DNA of 64,000 nucleotides from Oculina patagonica (Eukaryota): NCBI RefSeq assembly GCF_052425735.1, contig NC_135766.1, positions 25,172,001 to 25,236,000 of the forward strand, read 5' to 3'. Shown piece by piece: positions 40,101 to 50,340 of this stretch (position 1 is its first letter; each line of letters starts with the position of its first letter). The notes under the pieces were generated by a model. It saw only the letters and a program-made list of their open reading frames with translations, ran no database searches and was not told where the DNA came from. The position numbers and the translations under genes were made by a program.

Positions 40101-41290
40101 TTTAGCCAGATCTCGTGTACTGAGACCACACCTCAAGCCAGCAAAACATCCCTTTTACTTCCATGCATTTGAGAAATCAATTCAAGATAAAAGGGGACTT
40201 GGGCGAGACTGCTGCTTTGGTGAAAAGAGACTGAGTCTGCTTCTACAGTCTGCCCATAACACGGGTCACACCCTTGTGTAAGGAGCATACGATTGTTCTT
40301 AACTTCCCTTTAAAAAATACATGGTTCGTGACTTCGTTACATTTTGCCTTTGGCAACGGAAACGCGCGAGGTTACTCACTATCAACAACATAATCTACAA
40401 CTTATAGTAATTACTCAAGAAGTGAGAAATAAAACTCCGTGTCAAAATATATGTACTGCTAATCGGCAAACTTCCCGGTGCTTTACAAATTTTAGATACT
40501 CCACCTCGCTTATTTATATATCAGTGCTTGCTTATCGGTGAAATAACGTATCCAGTTATAACGTGAGAGGCTTAAATTCGGTAGATTGCACGATTAATAT
40601 TTGAGATTTAGTGTTTAACACCGCCTTCTCAGCACTTTTAAACGTTTGTGCGCCAAATATTAGAGCTGCATCTTTATATTCTCGGCTTTAGTGTCTTAAA
40701 ATAACAAGTTTAAACAGTAAATCCCAATAACAAATCAAATGAAGCTATTTAATTTGAGTTGCAACAAGCTACGATGACGGAGCATTTATTTACAATAATG
40801 CGACTGTATCACTTTCAGAAATACTGTACCCATATATTAATATAATCAGAGTTTTCGTTTTACATATATGAAAATATACTTGGTTAAGGACATCTTATTT
40901 TCAATTTTTTTTTCTCAAGAAAGACAACTCTTGTACTTGACAACAAATTTAACAATTCCTTCCCTTGTATTTCTATAAAAATTTCTGATTTTACCCACGG
41001 TTTTCAAGCTCGAACCAAGGGCGGATTCAGGGGGAGGATGCAGGGGCGAGCACCCTTCGCTGAGATGACCTGCGGCGTAGTTTTCGCTTTTAAAATTTGT
41101 CTGCGCCACCAGTCAGTTACGCCGTTTTTCAGTGGTCCTTACCCTCCTGGATTTGCACCCCCCCCCCTCCCCCCTAGAAAAATCCTGAATCCGCCCATGC
41201 GAATACTTGCGCGACATTCTGAATCCACTTAGTTCAATCATGCTTCAATGTCTCTGTATCCACACGAGCATAACAATTAACAATCCAAAA

Positions 41291-42188
41291 CTACCACCCT
41301 TTAATCTTTATTTTTAACGAACTTTCAAGCAGACATGTCCCCGCACATTCATAAGCTGCTTTCAAACAGTACTCTCTCGGATTTGTCAGCACGCATTTAT
41401 GGTAGGCCCCGTTACATTTTCGACAGCAAAAGAAGAAGCAGGCAGCTAGGTAGGGTTTCTTCTCGATATCAAGTCTTCCAGTTTCTTTGCAGAAAATAGG
41501 ATAATTTTCAATCCAGACTAGTTTCTGCAAGGGAAATGGTAAACAAAAGAACGTTAAACAAAATCCGAAAAGTCTCATCATTGTAAGCATACAGAAACGA
41601 GACGTAATGACGGACCATTATTTTCATAGGAATCATTGTAATTCACGCCCTAATTTTATTAGTTATAAATATTCCCGGGGCTACGTAAAAATGACAAGAA
41701 AACATCCTGTTATAAGTCTATGCCATGTTTTTTTAGGTATATAAAAGGGGTACCTTTTTTCAGTAAAAGGTATACGAAAGGGGTACCATTTCTGTCAAAA
41801 TGGTATATAAATGGGTAAGGGGTTAGAGCTCGGGGCGGGGCCTTCCCGTATAAAACGTTTTGTTTGTAACCACCCCCCCCCCCTCCCCCCTGGTAAATAT
41901 TCTCAACACGAAATGTATTCAACTTACCTGAAGTTCTGAGCTGTTGGGATCAGGGCAGAAATCACTACAGTTACATGAAATGGCTTTTCGTGGATCGCGT
42001 TTTGTTTGATCTAACATCGATTGACCTTTTTCACCTTTTATCTCCAGGCTTCTTACTTCAGCATTTTGTTCAGACGGTCTTGGAGTTTGCTGAGGGCTTC
42101 TGCATGTAATACGATTCTTGTAGAGAAGAAATGCAAAGAAGATCCAAAAATATACAGATGACAAGTGCCTTCTCGGGCACATTTTCAC
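41291..42188 (-). CDS. Two-exon secreted cysteine-rich peptide precursor (164 aa)
   Basis: Exon 1 41928-42188 ends CAG|gtaagt. Exon 2 41291-41524 follows tttaccatttcccttgcag. Both phase 0. Hydrophobic signal-like N-terminus, polar pro-region, KR site, then 12 Cys. Confidence 0.65.
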
Positions 42189-43142
42189 ATCTCTTAGCTT
42201 CTCTTTTAAGCTGCGAGTTTTAACTTAGAACAAGCCTTAGTAGTTAAGACAATGGTTAGTTGCAAAGATGTCCAAATTAAGATGGCGAGTGTGAAACGGT
42301 TGAGCGGCTATGATCTCTCTAGAGTCTGTCACAAAAAAAAACTGATTATTTATTCCAATGTGGACAAATTAGGTCTTGCAAGACTTTGTTACATCAGGCT
42401 TTTACGGGGAATGAAGAAATATGGGGAAACAAATAACCCTACAGTAAAATAAAATTTGTAATTAGTTTACGCCAAAAATATGCCGATTATTTTTCTGCGC
42501 GACAGAAAAAAATTCCGTGCTAAATTGAACCAACTTGTTGTTTGCTCCGCGGGTTCAAAAACCCAGTGAAGTGCAACAAATGACCACTACAATGTACATA
42601 TTCATGATATTGGCAGTGGATTTTCCCGTAATAAAGTATATGAAAATAAAGCACATTTTGTATCAGCTGCAAACGAGATTTCAAAGTAACTAGTGCACGA
42701 AAATACACATTATTTTGCTAAAATTTTGTTTTGCTGAAAAAAAGTTTAACTAACGTATAACGGTGAAAAAAAGCAATGTAGGGATAAATATGAAATAACA
42801 AAACTCGGGCCAACTCCAACGAACTGTAACTAGCGGCCACTACAATCAAACCTGGCTAAACTTAATTTTACTTTAGAGAAGCTTATCTACAGCAGATAAG
42901 TGCGGTGATAATGTATTCACAAGATATATTTTGTTTGTATGAAACCGAAGCACAGACCTATATATTATCTTAGCTTTAAGGTTATTTCCACCCAAGCTGT
43001 TAGAATAGATGTGTGTTCTTTTCTAGCCTGTTCCAGGCTCTCGGTTTGTGGCTAGTTTTTTCCAGCAACACAGTTTTTTTTTTTTACATTTACACCTTGG
43101 TTCTGCTTGACTTGCTTTATAATATCAACGCCCCTCCTGAAT

Positions 43143-44060
43143 CCCGGGGGAGGGGGGGGGGGCTACTCAAAAACGTTTCGTACAGGGAGGCTCCGCCCCG
43201 AGGTCCAACCCCTTACCCTTTTATACACCGTTTTAACAGAAAAGGCATCCCTTTTGTACACCTTTTACTGAAAAAAGGTACCCCTTTCATATACCGAAAA
43301 AAAAACATGACATAAGCCCAAAACAGGAAGTCTTGATGCCATTTTTATTTAGCGTTTAATAAATTTAAATGATACAGCCATAAGGTGCGTCTGCTCTAAA
43401 TCTTTTAATTGAAGGCCCTTTTAAATACCTAAATGACCGATACCCCTACCCTTTTATATACAGTGGAACCCCGATATAACGATATGCCAAGGGGGCAGTG
43501 AAATTATATCGTTTTATCGAGGAATCGTTACATCGGGGTTCCGTTCCATACATTTTACTATTGCCGGGACATAACATATTCATTGATATATCGGGAATAT
43601 CGTTATATTGAGTCATAAAAAAGGTACCACTTTCGGGCGGAGCCTCCCCGTATACTGGTATAGGACATTGTAGCTAACGCACCAGCAATACAACTTAAAA
43701 TTCAACGTAAATTTATTCTTGTGGACGTAACTTAATTACCAGTGGTTTCTAGGACATAAATAAAGAAATATATTACACTAAGAACAGAAATAACAGCATA
43801 CAACAAAGGAAATACTAGAAGACAAACGAAGGAAACGATATGTACCTGACGATTTGGATACGCGGCGAAACGAAGGACGACAACTGAACGAACGTAGCTT
43901 CTTAGATATAAACGAATCTTTCCGTGAAGAAACAATATGCATAAAACTCGCAAAAAGGTGACTTAATATACACGGTAGACTGGGCCGAGTAATACATAAT
44001 CGCGGTAGACTGGGCCTAGGAATTGGTTTCTACAGACATTATAGGGAGTACCCCCCGGGT
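43143..44060. repeat. Composite interspersed repeat with nested Tc1/pogo-like MITE fragment at ~43460-43610
   Basis: CCCGGGGGAGGG...GGGAGTACCCCCCGGG element, related to the inverted copy at 41710-41890. Inner TA-CAGTGGAACCCCGATATAACG end. Confidence 0.5.
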
Positions 44061-44304
44061 CCTGAATGAACTATTCGGAAAACCCAAGCTTGATATTACA
44101 TAGAAATTCTCCTAACTAACTATCAATCATTTCTTTTAATGTTAGTTGTGAGAATTTGGCGTTACATCACGACAATACTTGTTGATGATTTTCTGTATTC
44201 TCATTACCTGCCTGCTAAGCTAATGTATTGAGATTGAAAGGAGAAGTAGTAAGGTCCGCTTACATTCGGCAGCAGCCAATCAGAGAGCAGCATTTCTGCG
44301 CATG

Positions 44305-44795
44305 CGTAGAAGGGAAAACCACGTGACTTGGGAGTTGATGACGTCATAGGAGTCGGCCCCAGGGTGTCCTTGGAGTGTCGGTCCCAGGCCCCGCTCGGAG
44401 TGTCGGTCCCAGTCCCCGGACGGTAGAAAAGAGCTCGGCCCAGTCCCCCGCGGAAAAAAACCGAAACTAGGTGTAAATAGGCGTAAAAGGGAAAAACCAC
44501 GTGACTTAGGGGTGTGATGACGTCATAGGAGTCGGTCCCAGGGTGTTTGGAGTGTCGGGTCCAGGCCCCGGACGGTGGAAATGAACTCGGTCCCAGTCCC
44601 CGCGCGAAAAAAAAACGACAAGACAAGAAAATAGGCGCGTAAAAGGGAAAACCACGTGACTTAGGGGTGTGATGACGTCATAGGAGTCGGTCCCAGGGTG
44701 TTTGGAGTGTCGGTTCCAGTCTCCGAACGGTTAGAATGAACTCGGGCCCAGTCCTCGCGCGGAAAAAAACGACAAGACAAGAAAATAGGTGTAAA
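44305..44795 (+). repeat. Three ~155-175-bp tandem repeats in the TIR carrying E-box and CRE motifs
   Basis: AAGGGAAAACCACGTGACTT...GATGACGTCATAGGAGTCGG repeated near 44310, 44487 and 44641. Confidence 0.9.
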
Positions 44796-44871
44796 AACAG
44801 GTTTTTTTTTAATAACAGGTTTTTTCTGTTAAGGTACAAGACACTAAAAAACGGTAACAAGTGGTCCTAAA

Positions 44872-44943
44872 GCCCCGGTAGTGTAACGGGTATCACTCCT
44901 GCCGCTGAGGTAGGCAATCGAGGTTCGAGTCCTCGCTGGGGAT
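44872..44943 (+). tRNA. tRNA-Gln(CTG)-like Pol III gene inside the TIR (non-canonical)
   Basis: Cloverleaf: acceptor CCCCGG/CTGGGG, D stem GTG/CAC, anticodon stem CCTGC/GTAGG with loop CGCTGAG, T arm CGAGG-TTCGAGT-CCTCG. T10 terminator from 44945. G at position 33 and a 1:72 mismatch are atypical. Confidence 0.65.
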
Positions 44944-45536
44944 ATTTTTTTTTTCCTTGTGTCAATGTTCACTAAGCCCTAGTGGCCGCGCACCCTGGGA
45001 ATGAACGTGTACAAAGTTAGCAAGACCACCATCCTATAGATATGGTTCACAAAGTGCCATACTGTCCTTGTGGTATCTGGAACTCAATACTTTGCACTAA
45101 ACGCATGCGCAGATGAGTCTACGCGATACACTCACGATTGATAATTAGTTACCTCTCTTGTGAAGACCACAAAGGTTGTCTCAGAAAGCGCCATGCCTTC
45201 CTTATGGTATGGTTCTTCCTGGCACTAAACGCATGCGCAGATGAGTCTACATTGCTTTTTCTAGGTCGGCGATTCTGAAAAAACGCACGCTTGTGAAGCT
45301 ATTTAAAAAAAACACGTCAGAGAGGGGGGATGAGGGGGTATCCCCCTTTCTCGGTTTTACTGGGAACGAGTACGAATCGAGCGGTGAGAGTGTTTATATC
45401 TCAAAAGATGTCGACAAGTAAGTTATTAAATATTCAGTTATGGAGAACGATCAACGTGGGTACGATTGAAACTATATCAACGTGTTGCGGTAGGTTTCCC
45501 ATCTGGGGCATGCTGTTGGACACAACAGTGGGAGGA

Positions 45537-48500
45537 CTAGGAGTTAAAGTAACCATAGGGGTATGACATAAACGTGCTGGCATCTACCACTCTCTTGTCG
45601 AAAACCACTTGATAGCGCTTGATCTCCGTCACAGTGTTCAGGGTTTTGGTCGTTTTGTCTCGGGTGATCTTGTGAGGGTTGAACAGGGCAATGCTCCTCG
45701 TTTCGGCCAAGGGCTCTTTCACTTCGGATTTGACGTTGTCTTTCAATGTCTCAAAGTTGAGATGGGCGGAGCCTCTCACGTTCAAGGAAAAACCCCTTAC
45801 TTTACAACAGGTTTTTCCCAGTTTGGTCTTGTAGGCATAGTTTTTTGGTCCCGCGGCGGCAAATTCCACAATGAAGTCATCATCGTCTAGCTCGTTGGTA
45901 AAGTCTCCTAGGTAATCACCCAACGGTAAGGAGGGTTGCCCTTCTCGATGCTTGTAGATGAGAGAATCTGTGTCAAAATACAAGATCTGTTCGGGTTGTA
46001 GGATGGAAAGACCTTCTTGGTACAGCTTCAAACGGGCCCAGGTGGTCGTAAAACAGGCCACAAAGATGTTGATATCCGGTTGAATGTTGGCACAGTCCTC
46101 CTTGCACTTATGGACCACCTCCAGCATGTCTGGATTGACGACCCGGATGTCTTGGATGTCTCGGGTATCGTCTCTCAACAAATCGTGAAACTCAGCTGCA
46201 GAGGTGAAGGCTTCAACTTGGGTCTTGTTGCCTCTCTGACCATACTTGCCCCAAAAACTATTGAGCATGATCTTGGCCAGGGATCTGCGTCCGGGATTCT
46301 TTTCAATTTTGTCCGGATCCAACTGGATGCCTTCTTTGAGAAAGAACTGTGTCAGGTATTCCTGGCGTTTGTCTGGATCGTCGCCCACCCACGAGGGCCA
46401 GCCGCTCGCTTCCTGCTTCATCTTCAGGAAGGTGTTGACATACTCTTTAAACATGGTGTTGGATTTGCGGTCAAAGTGCCACACCTCGTGAATGTGCTCC
46501 ACCACGTACCCTTGCTTGACGGCCTCTTCCAACTCGGGCGTGCACCACGTACCGGTCAGTTGGCGTTCTTGAGGGCTGTGAGCGCATTTGGAGGATCGTT
46601 GGGTCAACGGCTTGGGCTGCTCCACTTCCACGCAGGTACGGCAGAGGGGGAATGTCAGTTTACCCCCTTGGCGATAGGGCAACACGGGGCTGTACAACCC
46701 GTAAGGTGGCGTCACCGTACACTTTGCCAGACCGAAGAATTGTGAAATGTTCGTGTGTCCCGGTTCTAGGATCACTTCGGGATGCCCTTGAGGGTAGTCA
46801 CAGTTTTTGTTGACAAATGGATACAACGAGGTAAAGTCCACGTACCGGATCTCTTCTTCTGGTTCGGCAAGGTCATAGAGGCGGACGGCGTTGGTTCTAC
46901 CGCCAAAGAAGGCGTCTCGGGGCTCCAAGCGGGAGTTGATCGCCAACGAGTCCACGAACGATTTCACCTCGGGATCACTGTCCTTGAGCGCTTTCCACCG
47001 GCATTCCCACATTTCTACCACGCGGTACCCCGCATCCCGGATCCGCTGCGTCTTTTGTTGCGTTTCCGCGTACACGTCCCTCAGGCTTCTGTCGCCCATC
47101 TTCCGGTGCTTCTGATCGCGATTGGGAAAACAGTCAGGACAGCCGTGAAAGTAACAGCCGTGGAACTCGTAAACCGTGTGATCCTCGTACCCGTCGACGT
47201 TGATCAGACGGCCTCCAATCCACAAGGCTCGTTCTCCACCGTTCCTGGCGTGGCGGATGGTACCCTGCGTCTGGCTGTCTTGATAGAGCAACCATTCCAG
47301 CGAGACGTGCGAGTGAGGTTTGCCCTTGCCTTCCCAGCCTCGTACCGGTTCAGAAGCCAACGTCTGTTCTTGCATGCACTTGGTGCGGTAGAAGCGATTA
47401 CAGGCCGAGGCAATGGTGAGGCACTTGTCCATGGGATCGAACCCGGCAATGGCTTGAAACTCTGCCCGGAAGACCTTGCACCCTTCGTGCAACAGCTCCA
47501 CGTCGGAGCGACAGTAGTCGACAAGTTCGTTCCGAAAGTGGAACTCGTAATTCTCCGCCACGCGTTCTTCGTACCACTTGTCGAATTCGGCTTTCCTGGC
47601 AGCGGACATTCCCTCTGGATCGTAATAGTCTCTGGCAGGCATGCTGCCCACATAGTTTTGATTCTCCTTCGTGTTGAAAAAGTGGGGGAAAAACCCCTTT
47701 TTTTGCTCGGTGAGGCCAAAGGCTTTGGGAAAGGTAGCAAGGCTCATCTGTAGAAAACACATGGAGTCCTTAAAGGTGATGTTTGGGATGCTCATGCTCA
47801 GGATCTTGGCCCCATTCACGACTTGGTCAGGGCAGATGGCTTGGTCGTACAACTCGTTGAGTACAAAGTAGGAGTCGTACCCTTTGAAATTGTGTGCGAC
47901 AGCTATGACGCGTTGTTGTTCGGCGATCTCCCTCAACCAAGCGAGAAAGTCTTTGACACAAGTCTCTCCCTCGAAGGTTCTCCTCTCGTCGGTGTCTCCT
48001 CTCAGGGCGCAAATCAAGTTGGCCACGTGCTGGCCTTCTTCCTGTCTGGCTTCGGCGTCCCAACTCACGAACACCGGTGGTTCGTCTTCTTTGCGTTGAC
48101 CGGCGCTGGTTCTCTTGCGGTTCTGTTTTTGTTCCACCTTGAGAGGATTTTGTATGTAGCACTGGTGGTAGCGAAGATCTTGGTATTCCTTACAGGACGG
48201 GCAGGAAGCATGGCCGCACTTGTGACTGTTTCTCAGTTCATAGGCACCGTACGTCTTGAAACAACCCGCACACCGTTTGTGCGTGTCACACACGCTGTTC
48301 CTCTTGGCTCGGGTCATGTCTTTACCGGTGTCGGTGCGACTCTTGTGCAATTGAAGACAGCGGGTTCCAAAAAAGTCCCGCTGACAGTCTGTACAGTTCA
48401 CCCTGGGTACAGCGTGGGCTCTCTTCCATTCGTGGCAATCGGTCTGATGGCAGGCGGCGCACCTGGTACCCGGGCAGTTGTGGTCCTTACGGCGGTCATG

Positions 48501-49403
48501 GCTATACCCCTTTTCGCACTTGGTGCAATAATAACTCTTTCCAAAAAATCCCCCTAGGGTGGTACAGCCGTGGTAATGGTCATGGTGTTTGATCAAGATC
48601 AAACGTTTGTCGTCGGGGCGTTGTGCTCCTTTGAAGATGATCTGGTAACCATGTTGGACAGACACCACCACAATCTGGTAAGCGTTCAAGTGGGCTTGAA
48701 ATTTGGCCAATTCGTCCAACCCGCAAGGACCTTCTGGCACGTCGGACAAACGGTGTAGTTCCCTGGCAGCCCTTTCCTGTACCGTATCGCACTTCCTTAA
48801 GTTTCCATAGTACCAATGGTCGGTCCCGAAATCGGCACGGGCCTTCATCATCACCAAGGCGCGGGCACAGCATAACTGGTCGGTGTTTTTGATCTTGAAG
48901 ACACATTTTTTGCGGTCCAGGATCTGCTCAATGGGATCCAAACCGGGTTTGTGTTTCTGATTGTCTCCCCCTCGGCCTGGATCTTGCACGTGAGACACGT
49001 TTAGGTTGAACGTGTCGTCCACTTGAAAAGTCTGATTACTGTTCAGCATGTCACTGATTTGTTTTAACAGCTGTTGGGCAGCGACGGTGTTTTCTCGCCA
49101 CTCTCCCACTCTCAGCCGTCTGGAATGAAAAGCATTTTGAATCCTGTTACTGTTGATGTTGATCAACAAGTGGTCGTCATCTCCAACCGCTCCGTCGTCC
49201 AAAATATGGCGCTGCACGGCTCTCTGCAGGGCTCGGGCAATCTGTTGTACGAGTACGGGGCGCGGTCCTAGGGGTGCGGATTCTACTGCGGCGCCACCAC
49301 CTGTCTGTATTAAGCGTCCGGTAAAGTTTCTGATGTGGAGCCCAAATCTGCGCACTCTGCGGTCCACGTGACCTCTCAGTTCAAATTCAAAAGGAGCTTC
49401 CAT
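45537..49403 (-). CDS. Protein-primed family B DNA polymerase (pPolB) with N-terminal terminal-protein/OTU-like region and inserted VSR-like nuclease
   Basis: Exo motifs WDAE, AHNFKGYD, YCRSDV. Pol motifs DFTSLYP, KIMLNSFWGKYG, YFDTDS. Insert VDGY...YEFHGCYFHGCPDCF. OTU-like DQLCCARAL...HDHY. Uninterrupted ORF; first ATG at 49403. Confidence 0.97.
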   Translation of the reverse strand: MEAPFEFELRGHVDRRVRRFGLHIRNFTGRLIQTGGGAAVESAPLGPRPVLVQQIARALQRAVQRHILDDGAVGDDDHLLININSNRIQNAFHSRRLRVGEWRENTVAAQQLLKQISDMLNSNQTFQVDDTFNLNVSHVQDPGRGGDNQKHKPGLDPIEQILDRKKCVFKIKNTDQLCCARALVMMKARADFGTDHWYYGNLRKCDTVQERAARELHRLSDVPEGPCGLDELAKFQAHLNAYQIVVVSVQHGYQIIFKGAQRPDDKRLILIKHHDHYHGCTTLGGFFGKSYYCTKCEKGYSHDRRKDHNCPGTRCAACHQTDCHEWKRAHAVPRVNCTDCQRDFFGTRCLQLHKSRTDTGKDMTRAKRNSVCDTHKRCAGCFKTYGAYELRNSHKCGHASCPSCKEYQDLRYHQCYIQNPLKVEQKQNRKRTSAGQRKEDEPPVFVSWDAEARQEEGQHVANLICALRGDTDERRTFEGETCVKDFLAWLREIAEQQRVIAVAHNFKGYDSYFVLNELYDQAICPDQVVNGAKILSMSIPNITFKDSMCFLQMSLATFPKAFGLTEQKKGFFPHFFNTKENQNYVGSMPARDYYDPEGMSAARKAEFDKWYEERVAENYEFHFRNELVDYCRSDVELLHEGCKVFRAEFQAIAGFDPMDKCLTIASACNRFYRTKCMQEQTLASEPVRGWEGKGKPHSHVSLEWLLYQDSQTQGTIRHARNGGERALWIGGRLINVDGYEDHTVYEFHGCYFHGCPDCFPNRDQKHRKMGDRSLRDVYAETQQKTQRIRDAGYRVVEMWECRWKALKDSDPEVKSFVDSLAINSRLEPRDAFFGGRTNAVRLYDLAEPEEEIRYVDFTSLYPFVNKNCDYPQGHPEVILEPGHTNISQFFGLAKCTVTPPYGLYSPVLPYRQGGKLTFPLCRTCVEVEQPKPLTQRSSKCAHSPQERQLTGTWCTPELEEAVKQGYVVEHIHEVWHFDRKSNTMFKEYVNTFLKMKQEASGWPSWVGDDPDKRQEYLTQFFLKEGIQLDPDKIEKNPGRRSLAKIMLNSFWGKYGQRGNKTQVEAFTSAAEFHDLLRDDTRDIQDIRVVNPDMLEVVHKCKEDCANIQPDINIFVACFTTTWARLKLYQEGLSILQPEQILYFDTDSLIYKHREGQPSLPLGDYLGDFTNELDDDDFIVEFAAAGPKNYAYKTKLGKTCCKVRGFSLNVRGSAHLNFETLKDNVKSEVKEPLAETRSIALFNPHKITRDKTTKTLNTVTEIKRYQVVFDKRVVDASTFMSYPYGYFNS

Positions 49404-49791
49404 CTTGAAACAAAGGAAATAAGGCAATGAATGGATGGAAAAAAAAACAAATGTACGTTTTTTTATCTATATGACTGCCATGTTCGGAGTCATCAGCACT
49501 CTTCCAAAGTACAGGGGTCTCGAACAAATCTGCGTACTCTCCGGTCAACGTGGCCTCTCAATTGAAAGTCAAAGGCAATAAGGCAATGAATGTACGTTTT
49601 TTTATCTATATGATGGCAATGATCGGAGTCATCAGTACTCGTGGAAAGTACAGTGGCCTTTAAAGTGACTACAAGAATAACATTTGTCCGTAATTTTCTG
49701 TTTTCCTGTACAGCTCATTAGAATATTACACAGCATAAAAGCACATGAAAAACGGGTTACACGAATTCACTCTACTCTAATAACTAGTTAC

Positions 49792-49999
49792 CTCTTCATT
49801 GGACTCTCCTTCACTTGTGCTTGCACTCTACGATGAAAAGAACATCGTATAAATAAAAAACATTGGCGAATCAAATATAACCCAACGCATCTCATCAACG
49901 TACCTCTTCCAATCTAGCTCTCTCCGGGCTCTCAGCCTCTATATCTTCTCCAGTAGTAGTCTCATCTCCAACCATAGTAGTCTCATCTTCTTCTTCCAT
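49792..49999 (-). CDS. Putative spliced acidic leader exons upstream of pPolB (49904-49999 and 49792-49827)
   Basis: MEEEDETTMVGDETTTGEDIEAESPERARLEE|gtacgt; ttcatcgtag|SASTSEGESNEE|gtaact. All phase 0, with TATAAAA about 55 nt upstream of the ATG. Confidence 0.55.
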
Positions 50000-50049
50000 T
50001 GTAGCGCTCAGACCAAACAAAGTTTGCGAGTGAATAAATGAGCAAAGTA

Positions 50050-50340
50050 GCTCCTTTTATACAACTTTTCCATCCCAGAAGAACTGGGCTCTAGTATTCC
50101 CATTGGTCAATCGAGGTGACCTGATACAGAATGAACCAATGAGATCTCATGATCAATGTCACCCAAGGTGACGGGATTTTCCCCACAAGGGTAAAATCCC
50201 AAGCTGACGGGATTTTCCCCACAAGGGTAAAATCCGCGGGATTTCCCCCCAAGGGAAAAATCCCGACGCACGCGCGTGGAGAATCTTTCTCGGAATTCTC
50301 GGAATTCTAGGAACCCGCGTGTGTTCATTCTCGGAAAAGT
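50050..50340 (-). promoter_or_regulatory. pPolB promoter/enhancer: TATA, CCAAT, kB-like hairpin repeats, four GAS-like sites
   Basis: TATAAAAGG on minus strand at ~50053-50061. GGGATTTTCC at 50173 and 50209, GGGATTTCCC at 50238. TTCNNNGAA at 50287, 50296, 50305 and 50328. Confidence 0.65.

Larger units (their letters stand above)
44245..45375 (+). repeat. Left terminal inverted repeat (~1.1 kb)
   Basis: 45030-45375 is the reverse complement of 63775-64000, apart from a ~120-bp indel and scattered mismatches. The outer part is inferred from the AGTAGT terminus. Confidence 0.85.

Noticed and set aside
45609-49371. Long plus-strand ORFs (242, 323, 244 aa and others) opposite pPolB
   Set aside because: Antisense shadows of a GC-rich coding strand; no motifs or promoter support.
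49485-49640. Two minus-strand CTGATGA motifs as hammerhead cores
   Set aside because: No stem II or GAAA follows.
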